Assembly (NCBI RefSeq): GCF_000143415.4
Contig: NW_003314412.1
Coordinates: 83,553 to 147,552 of the forward strand
Origin: Selaginella moellendorffii
Lineage: Eukaryota; Plantae; Lycopodiophyta
Reading direction: 5' to 3'
DNA: 64,000 nucleotides
The position numbers were made by a program, and so were the translations under genes. Shown here piece by piece: positions 22,391 through 34,696 of the stretch (position 1 is the stretch's first letter; the number at the start of each line of letters is the position of its first letter). The notes beneath the pieces were generated by a model. That model had not been told where the DNA came from. It searched no databases and worked only from the letters and a program-made list of their open reading frames with translations.

Positions 22391-23400
22391 TATAGAAGTG
22401 CATATTGTTGTATGTAAGTTTTAAAACTTCAATCATTTTCCATGGAATATATGAGGTAAAGGATATTTTCTGAGATTGCATTTTCCATTGTTCAAATTTT
22501 TTTAATAGCATGTGTAATAATAAAGCTAAAAGAACTTAATTATTTAAAATTGTGCTAGAATAAACAATATTAAAATAATGGTTATTGTGACATAAAAGAT
22601 TTAAAGCTATATCAATAGGAAATAAATAACTTACACACCTTTCGTAACTTATTATATATTTTATATCTGAGTTGTCTTGGTTGATTTGGGTGTACAAATA
22701 TTTTTTTAAAATTAAAAATCAATCTAATTTTAAAAGTAAGTAGTTATATAAAAATTTATTATATAGATATATTCTAATTGATACTTTGCATCTTAACAAT
22801 ATGTAAACTTATAACCAGTCATAAATGCTTAAGAAAATTTATTCAGCTATTTAATAAAGAGTGAATCTGAGCGATGTTAAATTTTTATGTGTACTTAATA
22901 TTTTTAATCTATAATTATATGAGTAAATTATTTATTTCTTACTACTAAATTCTACTTTTAATTTTATAGTTGATTTCGTTTTAAACTCACTATTATATGT
23001 ACATAAATTATAATGCTTTAGTGTAACTTCCTCTTTAATTTTTATCTTCCACATGTTTAAAGCATTGAGAGTAGTAATAGTACTAGTTGATCAGTTTTAT
23101 TATTTAAATATTTATTCATGTGAAAAATTATAGAATAATTTAAATATAAAAAATTGAGTTATTTTAAATTTGTGGTAATTATGGTTAAAATAATACAATT
23201 TTATACTTGATAAATGTATACATATCTATCCAGACTTTGATTTGGAAATTACTAAATTTCTATAATATAAAATTACTAATTCCAACCAATAATATTAAAG
23301 AATATGTAAATAATAAAAAATGCATCACAAATTATAAGAGTTTTATCTGAATTTCAAAATTAATACCTTTTATCTAAGTACTTTAGGGTTTATAGGTGCC

Positions 23401-26006
23401 ATGCTTTTGCATTTGCCTGTTTGTCGGTCTCAGAGCGTGTTCCAGGCAGTCAGGGTGGAATCCAACACCCCACATTCTCGTCCACGAGTTTCTGACTGGA
23501 AGAACAAGGAGGAGGAGAGCAAGCCTGAGAATGTAGCTCTACAAAGTAAGAAATCTTCGAAGCGTTTGGATAGGAGCAGGAATTTGAAGCCCTCAAATGA
23601 CAACAGGATCGACAAATCCTCTTACGCCGGGATTTCTCCTGTTCGCGCAGGTAAACTGGAAGAACCTTTATCGTTTGAGATAGGAAAAATAGAGGAACAT
23701 GAAGGAAAATTACTCTCTTGTCTCTTTGGCAGTGGTGGTGGTAAGATTGATGAGGATTGAGATGGGAGGAGCTTTCTCAGACGTCCTAAACGGGGATGGA
23801 GAAGATCGCTTGGACAAAGAAATGGAGTACGTGAAACGAACTCTGGGATTTAGCATACCGAGTTTGAGGCCTGAAAATTTGAAGCTGGTTTGATCTTAGC
23901 ATTTCTTTTGGTTTTCCTAGTTATTGACGATTGTTTTTGTAGGTGACTGAAGAGGTCGCTGGTATTGTTCGCTGGAAGAAATATCTCGACTATGTGATAA
24001 GCAATGTCTATGACAAGGATCAAAACGAGTTTGAGCGAATGGAGCCCATTCTAAAGCAGGTGTATTTCCCATTGTTTCGTACTTCAATTAGTTCGCTTTT
24101 CTTTCGCTCCAGGTCCTCCGACTAGGATCTTATGAGCTTTTGAAACTCGAAGTACCAGCTTATGCTGTTGTCAATGAAGTAAGGTTTATTTATTTTTCTG
24201 TAAAGTCACTATTTTTAAAATTTTCTTTTTCTTTCACAGGCCGTCAAACTTGCCAATGCTGCTTCTCGGGCTGGAGCTGGAAAATTGGCCAACGCACTTC
24301 TTCGAGCAGTAGCTTCACACAAAGTAGAAGAATAAAAATGAAAAACTTCTCTGTGTTTTCACACAATGCAAGAGTCTTGTTTTTTACAGGAGAAGAATAC
24401 GCTGCCCGTTCCTGAAGTAATAGGAAACTTGCGGTCGCAAGCGAGAGCATTAGGAACAATCCATTCCCATCCAGTTGTGAGTAGACAATGCCAAGTAAAT
24501 CGTCGTGTTATTCTGTTTCTTTTTCGTTTTTGACGCAGTGGATGGTGCGGCGATGGACAGATCGATATGGCACTGAGGACACTTTAAAACTGATGGAGTG
24601 GAACAACACAAGGCCCTTTTATGCTTTAAGGTACCACGATATGTGATTTGTAGACTCTTTACGTGTTTGGTTTTCTGGCTTTCAGGGCGAATAATGCCAC
24701 TGGAACCTCTCGCGATGATTTAATAGAACAGCTTAAAAAGCTCGAGGTGGGATCAATCACAATCTCTTTTTCTACTCCTTTGAATCTCTTTTTGTTGTTT
24801 TTTTTTTCTGCCTGTGCTTAGCAGGTTTCATATGTTAAGTCGCCACTACTGGAAGACTTTGTTCGAGTGACTTCAGGACTTCAGGTAGCTTGTAGATGAT
24901 AACTCAAGTCAGCTGATAAAATGATATCGTTTTCTAGGAGGTGCTGAGATCCGGATTGATCCAACAGGGACGATGCACAGTCCAGGACGAGAGTGGTGGT
25001 ATGTGTACTCTTGCACATACTTTTTTATTTAGAATTTTTTATCTGAGAGTTTCTTTCAAAGGCCTGGTGGTGGAACTGCTGGATCCACAGCCTGGAGACT
25101 TAGTGATCGACTGTTGCGCTGCACCTGGTGGCAAAAGTCTCTATATTGCTTCACGACTGAAAGGAAAAGGTCAGCTTTTTTCCATCTCTTTTTTTCTTTG
25201 AGATTTTCTTTTGTGGACGAATCAAAGAGGTGGTGCTACAGGGAAAGTGATAGCAGTGGATATCAACAAGGCTCGTCTCCAGCTTCTCAAAGATTCCGCA
25301 AAGAAAGCAGGCGTGAGCGAGCAAGTATCCGTCTACAATGTGGATGCCCGAGACATGATCCGTGTGAGTAAGAACTTACCACTTTGTAAGATTTATCTAA
25401 AGCTTTTCTACTTTTTTCTTTTGTGAATGTGAAGGGTAAAACAGGTCTAGCGGATAGAGTTTTACTGGACGCTCCGTGCAGTGGTCTCGGTGTTCTATCC
25501 AAGGTAAGAACATTTGATCAATGCAAGAGCAATAATTTTGATCAAAACAAGGTTTTGCTCAATTTTTTCGATAGAGGGCGGACTTGAGATGGCGTAGAAC
25601 TCTGGAAAGCTTTGAGGAATTGACAAAGCTCCAAGACGAGCTACTGGACGGTGCTTGCAAGTATGTTTTTTCCTTTCCATCGTTTTTCACTCGCTCGGCA
25701 TTGATATCTCTCTACTTATAACAGGATGGTTCGACCGGGAGGAGTGCTTGTCTACAGCACTTGCTCGATCGAACCGGACGAGAACATCGATCGGATCACT
25801 AGTTTTCTCGCTAGAAATCAAGTGAGTCTTTCCTTTTTTACCATCTATTGATGTGAAATCGTGTGTTCTTCCAGAACTTCATCCTGGAGCCACTCGAGAG
25901 AGAAGTTCCTCGAGAAATGGTCTCTCGGGAAGGATGTTTTTACTCTCTGCCGTACACGCACGGCATAGATGGAGCATTTGCGGCAAAGCTCAGGCACAAA
26001 GCTTAA
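23401..26006 (+). CDS. RsmB: 16S rRNA m5C methyltransferase RsmB/Sun (NusB + NOL1/NOP2/Sun domains), probably plastid-targeted
   Basis: Multi-exon. NusB-like LRLGSYEL...YAVVNEAV; QDES; [20 protein letters not shown]; [11 protein letters not shown]; [16 protein letters not shown]; ends [13 protein letters not shown]. Confidence 0.9.
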
Positions 26007-26045
26007 TTTAAAAGAGGAAGAATATGCCAAATGTAAGGGCAAAAT

Positions 26046-28205
26046 ATGGCTATGGCACTGTTGTGGATAATCTTCAGCTCGATCGTCCTCTCCGCGCCCG
26101 GGTTTGCGAATGCCGGTGACAGAATCGTGGAAGGGACCGTGGCATTCGCCTCTGTCGGGCGAGCGCGCTACGCATTCGATGTGTTCTTGCTGGATTTCCG
26201 CCCGTGGGAGCTCGAGAATGCAAGCCTAGGGCCCCATTTGGAGTTCCGGGCCACCGATGGCGTCTCTGTCAACTACAACGGGGCGCTGGTGGATGATTCT
26301 CAGCGGCGAGTGATCTTCGAGGCGCTGGATTTCCGCGGTGAGCAGCAGGGTGATGCGAGCCAAGGGATTCTTATCTATGTCTCCGAGCGGGATGGCGCTG
26401 CTGAGGTTCGATTCAATCTCTTTTACCAGGGGCAACGCGATCGAGGCGAGCGAAGTCTCGGAAATATCGAGAGCGGCTCTCAAGAATCTCATGGAAACAG
26501 GAGGGATGCGCTGGAAATCCATGGCGATAGAGGGAATTCCCAGAATTTCATCGATTTGGGGAAGCTATGGTCGAGCAGCGAGGTGGAACCGACAGCGCTC
26601 TACGACAGACCGTCGGTGGCCGATGGGAGAGTGATCTTCGTCTCGACAAGGAAGCGGCGAGAGCAGTCGAGGCAAAGCTGGGCGGCAGTCTACTCCATGG
26701 ACATCGTCACGAAGAAAATCACGAGGCTCACTCCAGAGGGCGTCACAGACTACAGCCCTTCGGTCTCTCCATCTGGGAAGTTCGTCATGGTTGCTTCGGA
26801 CGATGGTCGAGGCTGGGGAGGAGAGATCGAAGAGCTTGACACGGATCTATACTCTTTTCAAGCCTGGGATGGATCCGGAAGAAAGCTCGTGGTGAAAAAT
26901 GGAGGCTGGCCATCTTGGTCGGACGATTCGACCGTCTTCTTTCACAGGAGAGCCGAGGATGGGTGGTGGAGCGTCTACAAGGCCACTTTCTCAAAGTCCT
27001 TCACGGCGATTCGAGAGGAAAGGATCACACCACCGGGAGTTCATGCGTTCACTCCAGCGGCTTCACGGACAGGGAAATGGATTGCTGTAGCAACTCGAAG
27101 AGCCGGCTCGCTATACCGTCACGTAGAGGTGTTTGATCTCGGCTCGAGGAAGTTCCACAAAGTTAGCGAGCTCGTCGCTCCGGAGGCTCATCACTACAAC
27201 CCTTTTGTCTCGCCAGAGTCGGACAAGATCGGGTATCACAGATGCCGGGGAAAGGGAGTGACTCCTCGGCTGGAGCACATCAAGTCTCCAGTTCCAGGAA
27301 TCTCTCTCGTGCGAGTTGACGGGGACTTCCCCGTGTTCTCTCCCGATGGAGAGTCCATAGCTTTCATCCCCGACTTGGACGAAGGTGGCATTTACGTGAC
27401 GCGGCTCAACGGCTCGGGCCTGACCAAAGTTTTCGACAAGCCGGCCTTCGGACTCTCCTGGGACAAGCAGAGGAAAGGCGTTCTCTACACGAGCTATGGC
27501 CCGGGATTCGTGCCGGAGGACACCATCGTTCACATCGTCTCCATTCTCAACGCGGACGAGCTCATCGCCGGCGGCGGAGGTGAAGTCAAGTGGAAGATCC
27601 TGACGAAGAGCGGCACCAAGAACAACGCATTCCCATCGCCATCGCCCGACGGCAAGTGGATCGTCTTCCGGTCCGGACGCTCGGGACACAAGAACCTCTA
27701 CATCATGGACGCGATCCATGGCGAAGAAGCAAGCTTGAGGAGACTCACCGAGGGGGCCTGGACGGACACAATGGCGAGCTGGTCACACGACGGAGAATGG
27801 ATCGCCTTCTCGTCGGATCGACACAACCCCGGCGGTGGCAGCTTCCAGCTCTACTTTGTTCGTCCGGATGGTAGCCAACTCCACAGAGTTCTCAACTCCA
27901 GCACTGGAGGGCGAGTGAACCATCCGTTCTTCAGCCCGGATTCCAGGAGCTTGGTGTTCACCACGGACTACGCTGGCGTGTCTGCGGATCCGATCGCTGT
28001 TCCGGCGCAGTTCCAGCCGTATGGAGAGATTTTCATGGCGAGAATCGATGGGAGCGAGCTCGTCCGGCTCACGCACAACGCGTACGAAGATGGAACTCCA
28101 TCCTGGGGGCCCGTGAAGTTAGATTCGAGCGCTCTCACCGGAGAAGGGAAGAAGGCCCGCTGTGGCTTTAGAGACACGAGATGGCTCAAGCCCGCCATAG
28201 CTTAA
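26046..28205 (+). CDS. Secreted TolB-like / PD40-repeat beta-propeller protein (DPP6 N-terminal-domain-like plant family)
   Basis: Intronless, 719 aa, with a signal peptide and repeated PxxSPDG/SWSHDGEWIAFSSDR/PFFSPDS motifs. Confidence 0.88.
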   Translation: MAMALLWIIFSSIVLSAPGFANAGDRIVEGTVAFASVGRARYAFDVFLLDFRPWELENASLGPHLEFRATDGVSVNYNGALVDDSQRRVIFEALDFRGEQQGDASQGILIYVSERDGAAEVRFNLFYQGQRDRGERSLGNIESGSQESHGNRRDALEIHGDRGNSQNFIDLGKLWSSSEVEPTALYDRPSVADGRVIFVSTRKRREQSRQSWAAVYSMDIVTKKITRLTPEGVTDYSPSVSPSGKFVMVASDDGRGWGGEIEELDTDLYSFQAWDGSGRKLVVKNGGWPSWSDDSTVFFHRRAEDGWWSVYKATFSKSFTAIREERITPPGVHAFTPAASRTGKWIAVATRRAGSLYRHVEVFDLGSRKFHKVSELVAPEAHHYNPFVSPESDKIGYHRCRGKGVTPRLEHIKSPVPGISLVRVDGDFPVFSPDGESIAFIPDLDEGGIYVTRLNGSGLTKVFDKPAFGLSWDKQRKGVLYTSYGPGFVPEDTIVHIVSILNADELIAGGGGEVKWKILTKSGTKNNAFPSPSPDGKWIVFRSGRSGHKNLYIMDAIHGEEASLRRLTEGAWTDTMASWSHDGEWIAFSSDRHNPGGGSFQLYFVRPDGSQLHRVLNSSTGGRVNHPFFSPDSRSLVFTTDYAGVSADPIAVPAQFQPYGEIFMARIDGSELVRLTHNAYEDGTPSWGPVKLDSSALTGEGKKARCGFRDTRWLKPAIA

Positions 28206-28313
28206 GCCCGCCATGGCTAGATTCATACTCAGCCGCTAGATGCGAGCCATCGGACGGTCTACATAAATTTAAATGTAGTTCATAGCAGTGGGTTTTAGGG
28301 TTCCTGCCCAGGG

Positions 28314-29879
28314 ATGAAGAGGTTCTTCCAGCCCGTGGAGCGCGATGGCGCCTCCAAGAAGCCCTCCATCGCGATCGCCAACGGCGGCGAGAATGCGTGC
28401 GCCGATCCATCCAGGTTCATGTCTTGGAATGCGAATAGCTTGCTTCTGCGATTCAAGAACAACCGGGAGGAGGTCATGAGCTTCATCCGAGGCTTCGATC
28501 CGGATGTGATTTGTATCCAGGTGGTGTCCCAGCTCCTAGCTAGCATCGGATTTCTCATCGACAGGGATTGCTTGCTTCCAGGAGGTTCGTCTCCCGGCGG
28601 CTGGATTTAAAGGCGAGAAGAAAAATCCGGGAGAGATCAAGGATGATAGCGCTGCTGCTCGCAATGACAAGCAGGTATGGGATTCTTTCTTTCGTCAGTG
28701 ATGCATTGGCTAGTAGGCTGTGATGCGTGTTCTATCGGTGTCGCCAATGGCAGATTATAGCGTGTGGTGGTCTCTCGGAGAGAACAAGTACGCTGGAACA
28801 GCTCTCTTCGTGAAGAATTGCTTCAAGCCAGTGTCGGTAGCCTTCAACATTGACAACAAAGGCAAAGGTTCGTAAAACCATTCTTTGTTTCTTTTTTGCT
28901 CTTTGGCATTTAGAAAACTCAACAAGATTTGATTTTTTTTTTTCGTGGATGATAGATGCACAACGCCATGAGATCGATGGGAGAATTATCTTGGCGGAGT
29001 TTGGATCGTTCACTCTTCTCAACACTTACGCCCCGAACAATGGATGGAAGGAAGAAGAGAATGGTTTCGTGCGAAGAAGAGCGTGGGACAAGAAAGTACT
29101 CGAGTTTGTGAGCTCTTGCAGCAAGCCGCTCATTTGGTGCGGTGATCTTAACGTGAGGTACGTACGATTTGAAGGTTCTTTCCTTGTAAATGAAGCGTGC
29201 GAGTGTGACTTTCAGCCATCAGGAGATCGATGTTACTCATCCGGAGTTTTTTGCAAACGCAACCCAACCCGGCTACACTCCTCCAAACAAAGAGGTATAC
29301 TTTTCTCCTAAAGCGACTCTATGTATTGGAATTGTGAGTGATCAGGACGCTGGACAACCCGGATTCACGCTCAATGAGCGAGCAAGGTTCTCAGCAATCT
29401 TAAATCGGTTAGTATCTCTTGAAAAAAAAAAAAAAACAAACTGAGATCTAACTTTAACTTGATCTTTGTGAATTCAGGGGAAATCTGGTGGATACGTACA
29501 GGCATCTCCACGAGAAGCAGGACTTGGAGGCTGGATTTACGTGGTCTGGAAATCCCGTGGGGAAGTAAGTACAACCGTAAAAAAGGAGTTTTACTTTTCT
29601 ACCTGGAGAATGACAATCGTGAGAAATCCCAGGTATCGCGGCAAGCGTATGCGAATCGACTACTTTCTAATCTCCAAAGCGTTGCTTCCTCGTCTAGCCA
29701 GCAGCAAAATCCACGGCCGTGGAATTGAGCTAGAAGGTTGAGTGTTTTCTTTTGATCTCTTTGCTTCTCTTCCAAACAATGATCTAATAGAGTATCTCTT
29801 CTTTCCAGGATTCCTTGGAAGTGATCACTGCCCACTGACCATGGAACTCAAGAATCAAGCCTGCCAAAACCACGACTGA
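28314..29879 (+). CDS. APE1L: AP endonuclease 1-like (ExoIII/EEP family)
   Basis: MKRFFQP N-terminus; SWNANSL; DPDVICIQE; KYAGTA; NTYAPNNG; LIWCGDLNV; QPGFT; RMRIDYFL; GSDHCP. Multi-exon. Confidence 0.9.
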
Positions 29880-30685
29880 GAGTGGCGCGAGATTTTCATT
29901 CTTTTTATATATACGGAGTCAAGGCATTGCATCCCATCTCTCCACTGCGAATATTCCACAAAGACGGTGCTTTTGTTTAGCCCGTCTCTGTCCGACACCT
30001 GTCCGGCCAGAAAAGCTTTTGTTGCTGACTTTAAAAAGCATATTCTGGGCCATAGAGTCTATGCGACAGCGACGCACACACGCAAAAGAAGGCGTACGGC
30101 GTGGCCGCTGTTCGATCGCAAGCGTACGGTCTATGGTGTAGCGCGAAATCGATGTCGCATGCTATGTATGCTATTACGTGATTTACAAAGTACTTCGCGA
30201 TCAAGCTTTGAAAAGCACCAATTTTCAGCATTTTTTTTTCTTATTCTCTCCCAGATTCAATCGACAAAGATTTTGGCTGATAAACTCCGGAGAAAAGGAA
30301 AAAAAAAAAAAAAAAACGCGGGGAGCCTGATTTTATAAAAGACCGAATGACAAAAGGTTCTCTAAGAGATGATCGCTGTTTGGCTGCTGCCAAGCCGAAA
30401 AAGAAAGAGCGGGAGAGAAACCAAAAGAGGGAGGAGAATTTACACTGAGACGAAACGATGATCGACGATAGAAGCAGCAGCAGCAGCAGTAGCAGCGAGT
30501 GCGCCTTATTATTTTCCGACCCCCAGAAAATGGTTGTTTTTTTTTTTCCGTTTTTTTTCTTCTCTTTGATCTTTTGCTCGCAACTCGGCCCCCAAAATTT
30601 GTCGCAAATTGGTGTTTCGTAAATCCTGTCCTTCCTCCTGTTTCCCTGTGCCTGGCAATTCGATCTCACGAAGAATCTCTCTCCC

Positions 30686-33210
30686 CTAAATCTCAGCCTG
30701 CGTAGTCGACGGCGAGGAGGAGCTCACCGAAATGGGCGGAGGGGCGGCGGCGGGCGAAGAAACGGACGCAGAATCCACCGATGTCGTGGTTGACAATCCC
30801 ATCGTCGACGTCGAGGAGCCCGCCGCCGTGGACGTGGACGACAGCGAGCCGCTGCTGCTGCTCCCCTGGATGTGCTGCTGCTGCTGCTGATCCTGCCCCT
30901 CCAGCTCCACTAAAGTCGCCCTACTAGCTAAGTGGTGGTGGTGATGGTGGTGAATCGACGGCGGCGACGCCGGCACCTCCGAACCGAAGCCGTAGATCGC
31001 CGCCAGCGGGTGGTCGAACTTGCACGTCGGCCCGAACTTGCAGATGCCAAACCGGATGTAGTATGAGCACGGTTGCACGCCCTGCATTCATGTAGTATAA
31101 AGTCAATAACACATCCCTAGGAAAGGTGGCGAAGGGGAAAGGTGGCGGACGATGAAAAAAAAGGTGGTAGAAGGTAAAACAAGACTAGCACAGAGGTGGC
31201 GGATACATACCGTGCGGAGTGGCAAGCCCATGGGACTGAGCATTGTGGGTGCGGACGCGGAGATTCGGTCGCGCGGGTGGTGGAATCTGCAAGATGCGCC
31301 GTACTTGCAGTCGCCGGTCTTGAGGTAGTACTGGCACTCGGCCACGCCCGGCCGCTCCGGGAAGGCGTCCCCGCCGCCGCCACCCTTGTGCTCGCGCAGC
31401 CCCGCCGGGAGGCCCATTGTGGGGGACCCCGGCACAAATGGGCTGTAGTCGGCTGTCGTGGGGGAGCTCGCCCCGGGAAGATAGAGCTGTTGATCCTGGA
31501 AAAACCAACCGACCTTTCAGTATAAGATCGTATGCTGCAGTGTGATCCCCCATAGCAATTTCCAATCGCTTGGATCATTCGTTCCAAGCCATGAAATCAA
31601 ACAATGGGAATGAAATGCGAACCATGCAAAGGTTTTGGATCGAATGGAAGAAACCAACGAAAGAGAGAAGAGGTTCTGGCGGCTTACGTGATACGTGCTC
31701 CAGCCGGGGATGGAAACCACCCCTTGTGGGGAAGGAAGAAGAAGTGGGGTGTAACTCGACGCCCCGGCTTGCAATCTCGGGCTGGGGAACGGTCTCATTG
31801 TCGGCCACCCCGGCTGGAAGTGCTGCGGCGTCCCGGTTGCGGCGTTCGGCGTCCCCGGTTGGGACGCCCCGGCGGCGGCGGCAGCGGCGGCAGCGGCGTA
31901 GATGGATGGCACCACCGCCGGTTGAGGGTGGTGGAATTTGCAAGTCACTCCGTATTTGCAAGACCCGGTTCTCATGTAATACGCGCATTCTTTCTCGCCC
32001 TGTGATAGAACAAGAAAAAAAAGAAAAACAGATAATTAAAAAAAAGAGAGCCATAAAAGGCAAACGGAAGTATTTTTAGTGATCGGGAGTTTCTTCCGAC
32101 AGGGATTTTGCGAGAGATTTTCTAGGGGTTATGTTTCGGAGAGATAAGTTACCGGGCGGTATGGGAGGCCGACGATGTTTAACTGGACTCTGGATTGGAT
32201 GCCCGCTTTGTCTCGAGGGTGGTCGTATTTACAAGTGGATCCAAACTTGCACGTCCCGGTCTTGAGGAAATACTGCTCCAAAACCGCAGGAACAACAAAA
32301 ACACATCGAGAGGAATCGATCGGATTAGTTCTAGGCGAGGTGGCGGAGATATGGGGGGCGGATTATCGCTAATCACACCCCCCGGAGGATTTAAGCTCTT
32401 TTCTTTTACCTGGCACTCGGGTTGCCCAGGCCTTTCTGGGTACTCGCCTTTGCCACGAGCTATGGCAGCAGCCTGGAAGAAGAAGAAGAAGAAGAAGAAG
32501 GAAGAAAAGGAAGGAAAAATGAGAGAGGGGGAAGAACAGAAAAAAAAAGAAAAAAGAAAACCATCACACACGGTTGGCTATGGCGGACGAGAGATTGGAG
32601 AGAAAGAACTTGGAGAGAATTGGCGAGGGAAGAGTGCTTACCAGCTTGCGATTTGGAGGGTGATTGAATTTGCAGCTCATTCCAAAGGCGCACAGCCCGG
32701 TTCGCATGTAGTAGACGCAGTCTTGCTCGCCCGGGCGCTCGGGATAAGGCCCGCCGCCACCCCCGCCGCCACCTCCGCCGCCTCCGCCACCCCCCGGCGC
32801 CGCCATGTCCACCATCCCGGGGTGATCTCCCGCGCTCTGCAAGCTCAGCCCCCACATCGCCTCTGCAAGAACAAGACAAAGATCCGGGACAAGGATTGGT
32901 GAGGAGAATTCCGAGGAGAATTGGGGTGGCAATGCGCCGCGATCCAAAAGCCCCCTGCGCTAGAGCTGGATCTCGCGAGCTCGAGCTCTCAAGAAACTCT
33001 CACACTCTCTCTCTCACTCCTTGATCGACGGATTCGCGAGAGCTTACCTTCGAGGCCAGTGGGATTGGGCGGCGCCGCGGCCTGCTGCTGGGATGATCCC
33101 TCCTGCCGCCATTCCTGGAACGAGGATGGATGATCCACCACGCCGCCCGGCTGCTCGTAGCCCACGAATGGCGAGCCCCCCGGCGGCGCTACTGGCTGGT
33201 AGTAGTCCAT
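30686..33210 (-). CDS. CCCH zinc-finger RNA-binding protein with five C-x8-C-x5-C-x3-H fingers (ZFN/HUA1-related)
   Basis: [30 protein letters not shown] and four similar fingers across ~7 exons, with Gly, Ala, His, Gln and Ser low-complexity linkers. Confidence 0.9.
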
Positions 33211-34696
33211 ACGACGACGATCAGCCCTCCTCCTCCCCCTGTGGCGGCGACGATGGTCGAGGAGCGCGGCACTGTAGAACAACCATGGGATCTACGCTCC
33301 CCAGCTCGCGATTTGCTCGAATCCGCGCGCTAGCCCGCCGCCCCGCCGGCGATTGGCGGCAGCCCACTGCCCAATTCCGCGAGATCTGCGACCAGCGCGA
33401 GGAATGCCGCCCCGCCCTAGCGAAGATCCGGCCTTGGATCCTCGTTTGCTGCGTGTGATCTCTCTCGCGAGAGAGCGCAGCAAAGAGGATCTCTTGCCTC
33501 TTCCCTTGTTCCTGCCTTCCTTGCTCGCTTCTTCTTCGTCGCGGTGTGTTCTTCGTTGGCGCTAATGTGCTCTGTTTTTCCCGAGCTTGGGGGGGCCTTT
33601 CCTATGGTGAGCATTTCGGCGCATCGTGGCCGTTGGCGGGGCGGGATCCACGGCCCCTGTCCGGCCAGCGGGGCGGGGGTGGGCTATCTTGTACATGTCT
33701 CTCACTGCCGCATCCGGACCGTTGGGCAGAAGATCTGACGGGCATAATCAGGCCACGAGATCCTCGGTCGCGCTGTCTCGTGCTCCGTGACCGTCTGATG
33801 GGCGGATCCACGGCCCAAACCAACACACTTGTCGAGATGGGAAGCCGTCGGATTTAAGAAGCGTCGTAAGTGTCTTGGATTATTAATATTACCGGCCGAA
33901 TTTTACCCCTCTCGCTAAAAAATCATTCAATGTAGCCTAGTGTGTGAATCGGGCCGAGGTAAAAACATGCGCACAAATTTTGTGCGCGCGCGGTTTCGAG
34001 GAGCGCAACCGCGCGGCATTTTTGGGCCGCAATAATGGCGCACCTTCCGTACGGCATTGTCCCAGCTGGGAATCGAACCTCAAAAATCCCTTCTATATAA
34101 AAGCTAGAGCTACGATTTTTTCGCGTTGTCGATGTATGTAACTCTCGTCTCTTTTATTCCTTCCACCATTCTTTCGCTCGATCCTTCTTTTTTTTTTTTC
34201 ACACCACTTTACTTGGCTTCGTAATGTTGGAGTTCGTTTTGCGAGAAACCAGGCAGTCGGTGTGAAGGTCCACTGCAATAAGTTTTCTTCTTCCTCCAGG
34301 AACGAGAATCTCTTCTCCGCGCTTGACACATCACAAAATCTCTCTGGCTCTGCGACGCGATGCCGAAAGGGCGCCAACTTGAGCGAGAAAGCGAGAACGA
34401 CGAGTCTATATATTGCGGCATGTTTTCTTAGTGCTGCGAGCTACCTACAGTAACAAAACGAAAAGAAAAAAAAAAAAAAAACAAACGCATCAGGAATGTC
34501 AAAGCGAGAAAAACTACGACCGCTTTTGCAACAACGATAAAAATGAATACCAAAATTGATGTCGACTGCTAAGTTCCTGTATGATTGCCGTATTATGACC
34601 GATGTATCCCTTGTTCTCTGCACCCAGTGTTTGCACCTTACACAAAGGTTAGGAAATCCAAGCTGGAAAATCGCACCTTGGGAAGCTCAATGTGAC

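Noticed and set aside
26046-28205. Recent bacterial horizontal transfer of the intronless TolB-like gene
   Set aside because: This family is widespread in land plants, and nothing in the sequence indicates recent foreign origin.
32195-32902. Long plus-strand ORFs with poly-Lys/Glu over the CCCH gene
   Set aside because: Antisense to real exons and to intronic (TTC)n / poly-T tracts.
34055-34082. GGTTCGATTCCC T-arm/B-box-like sequence on the minus strand
   Set aside because: No D arm, anticodon arm or acceptor pairing upstream, so it is not a tRNA gene.
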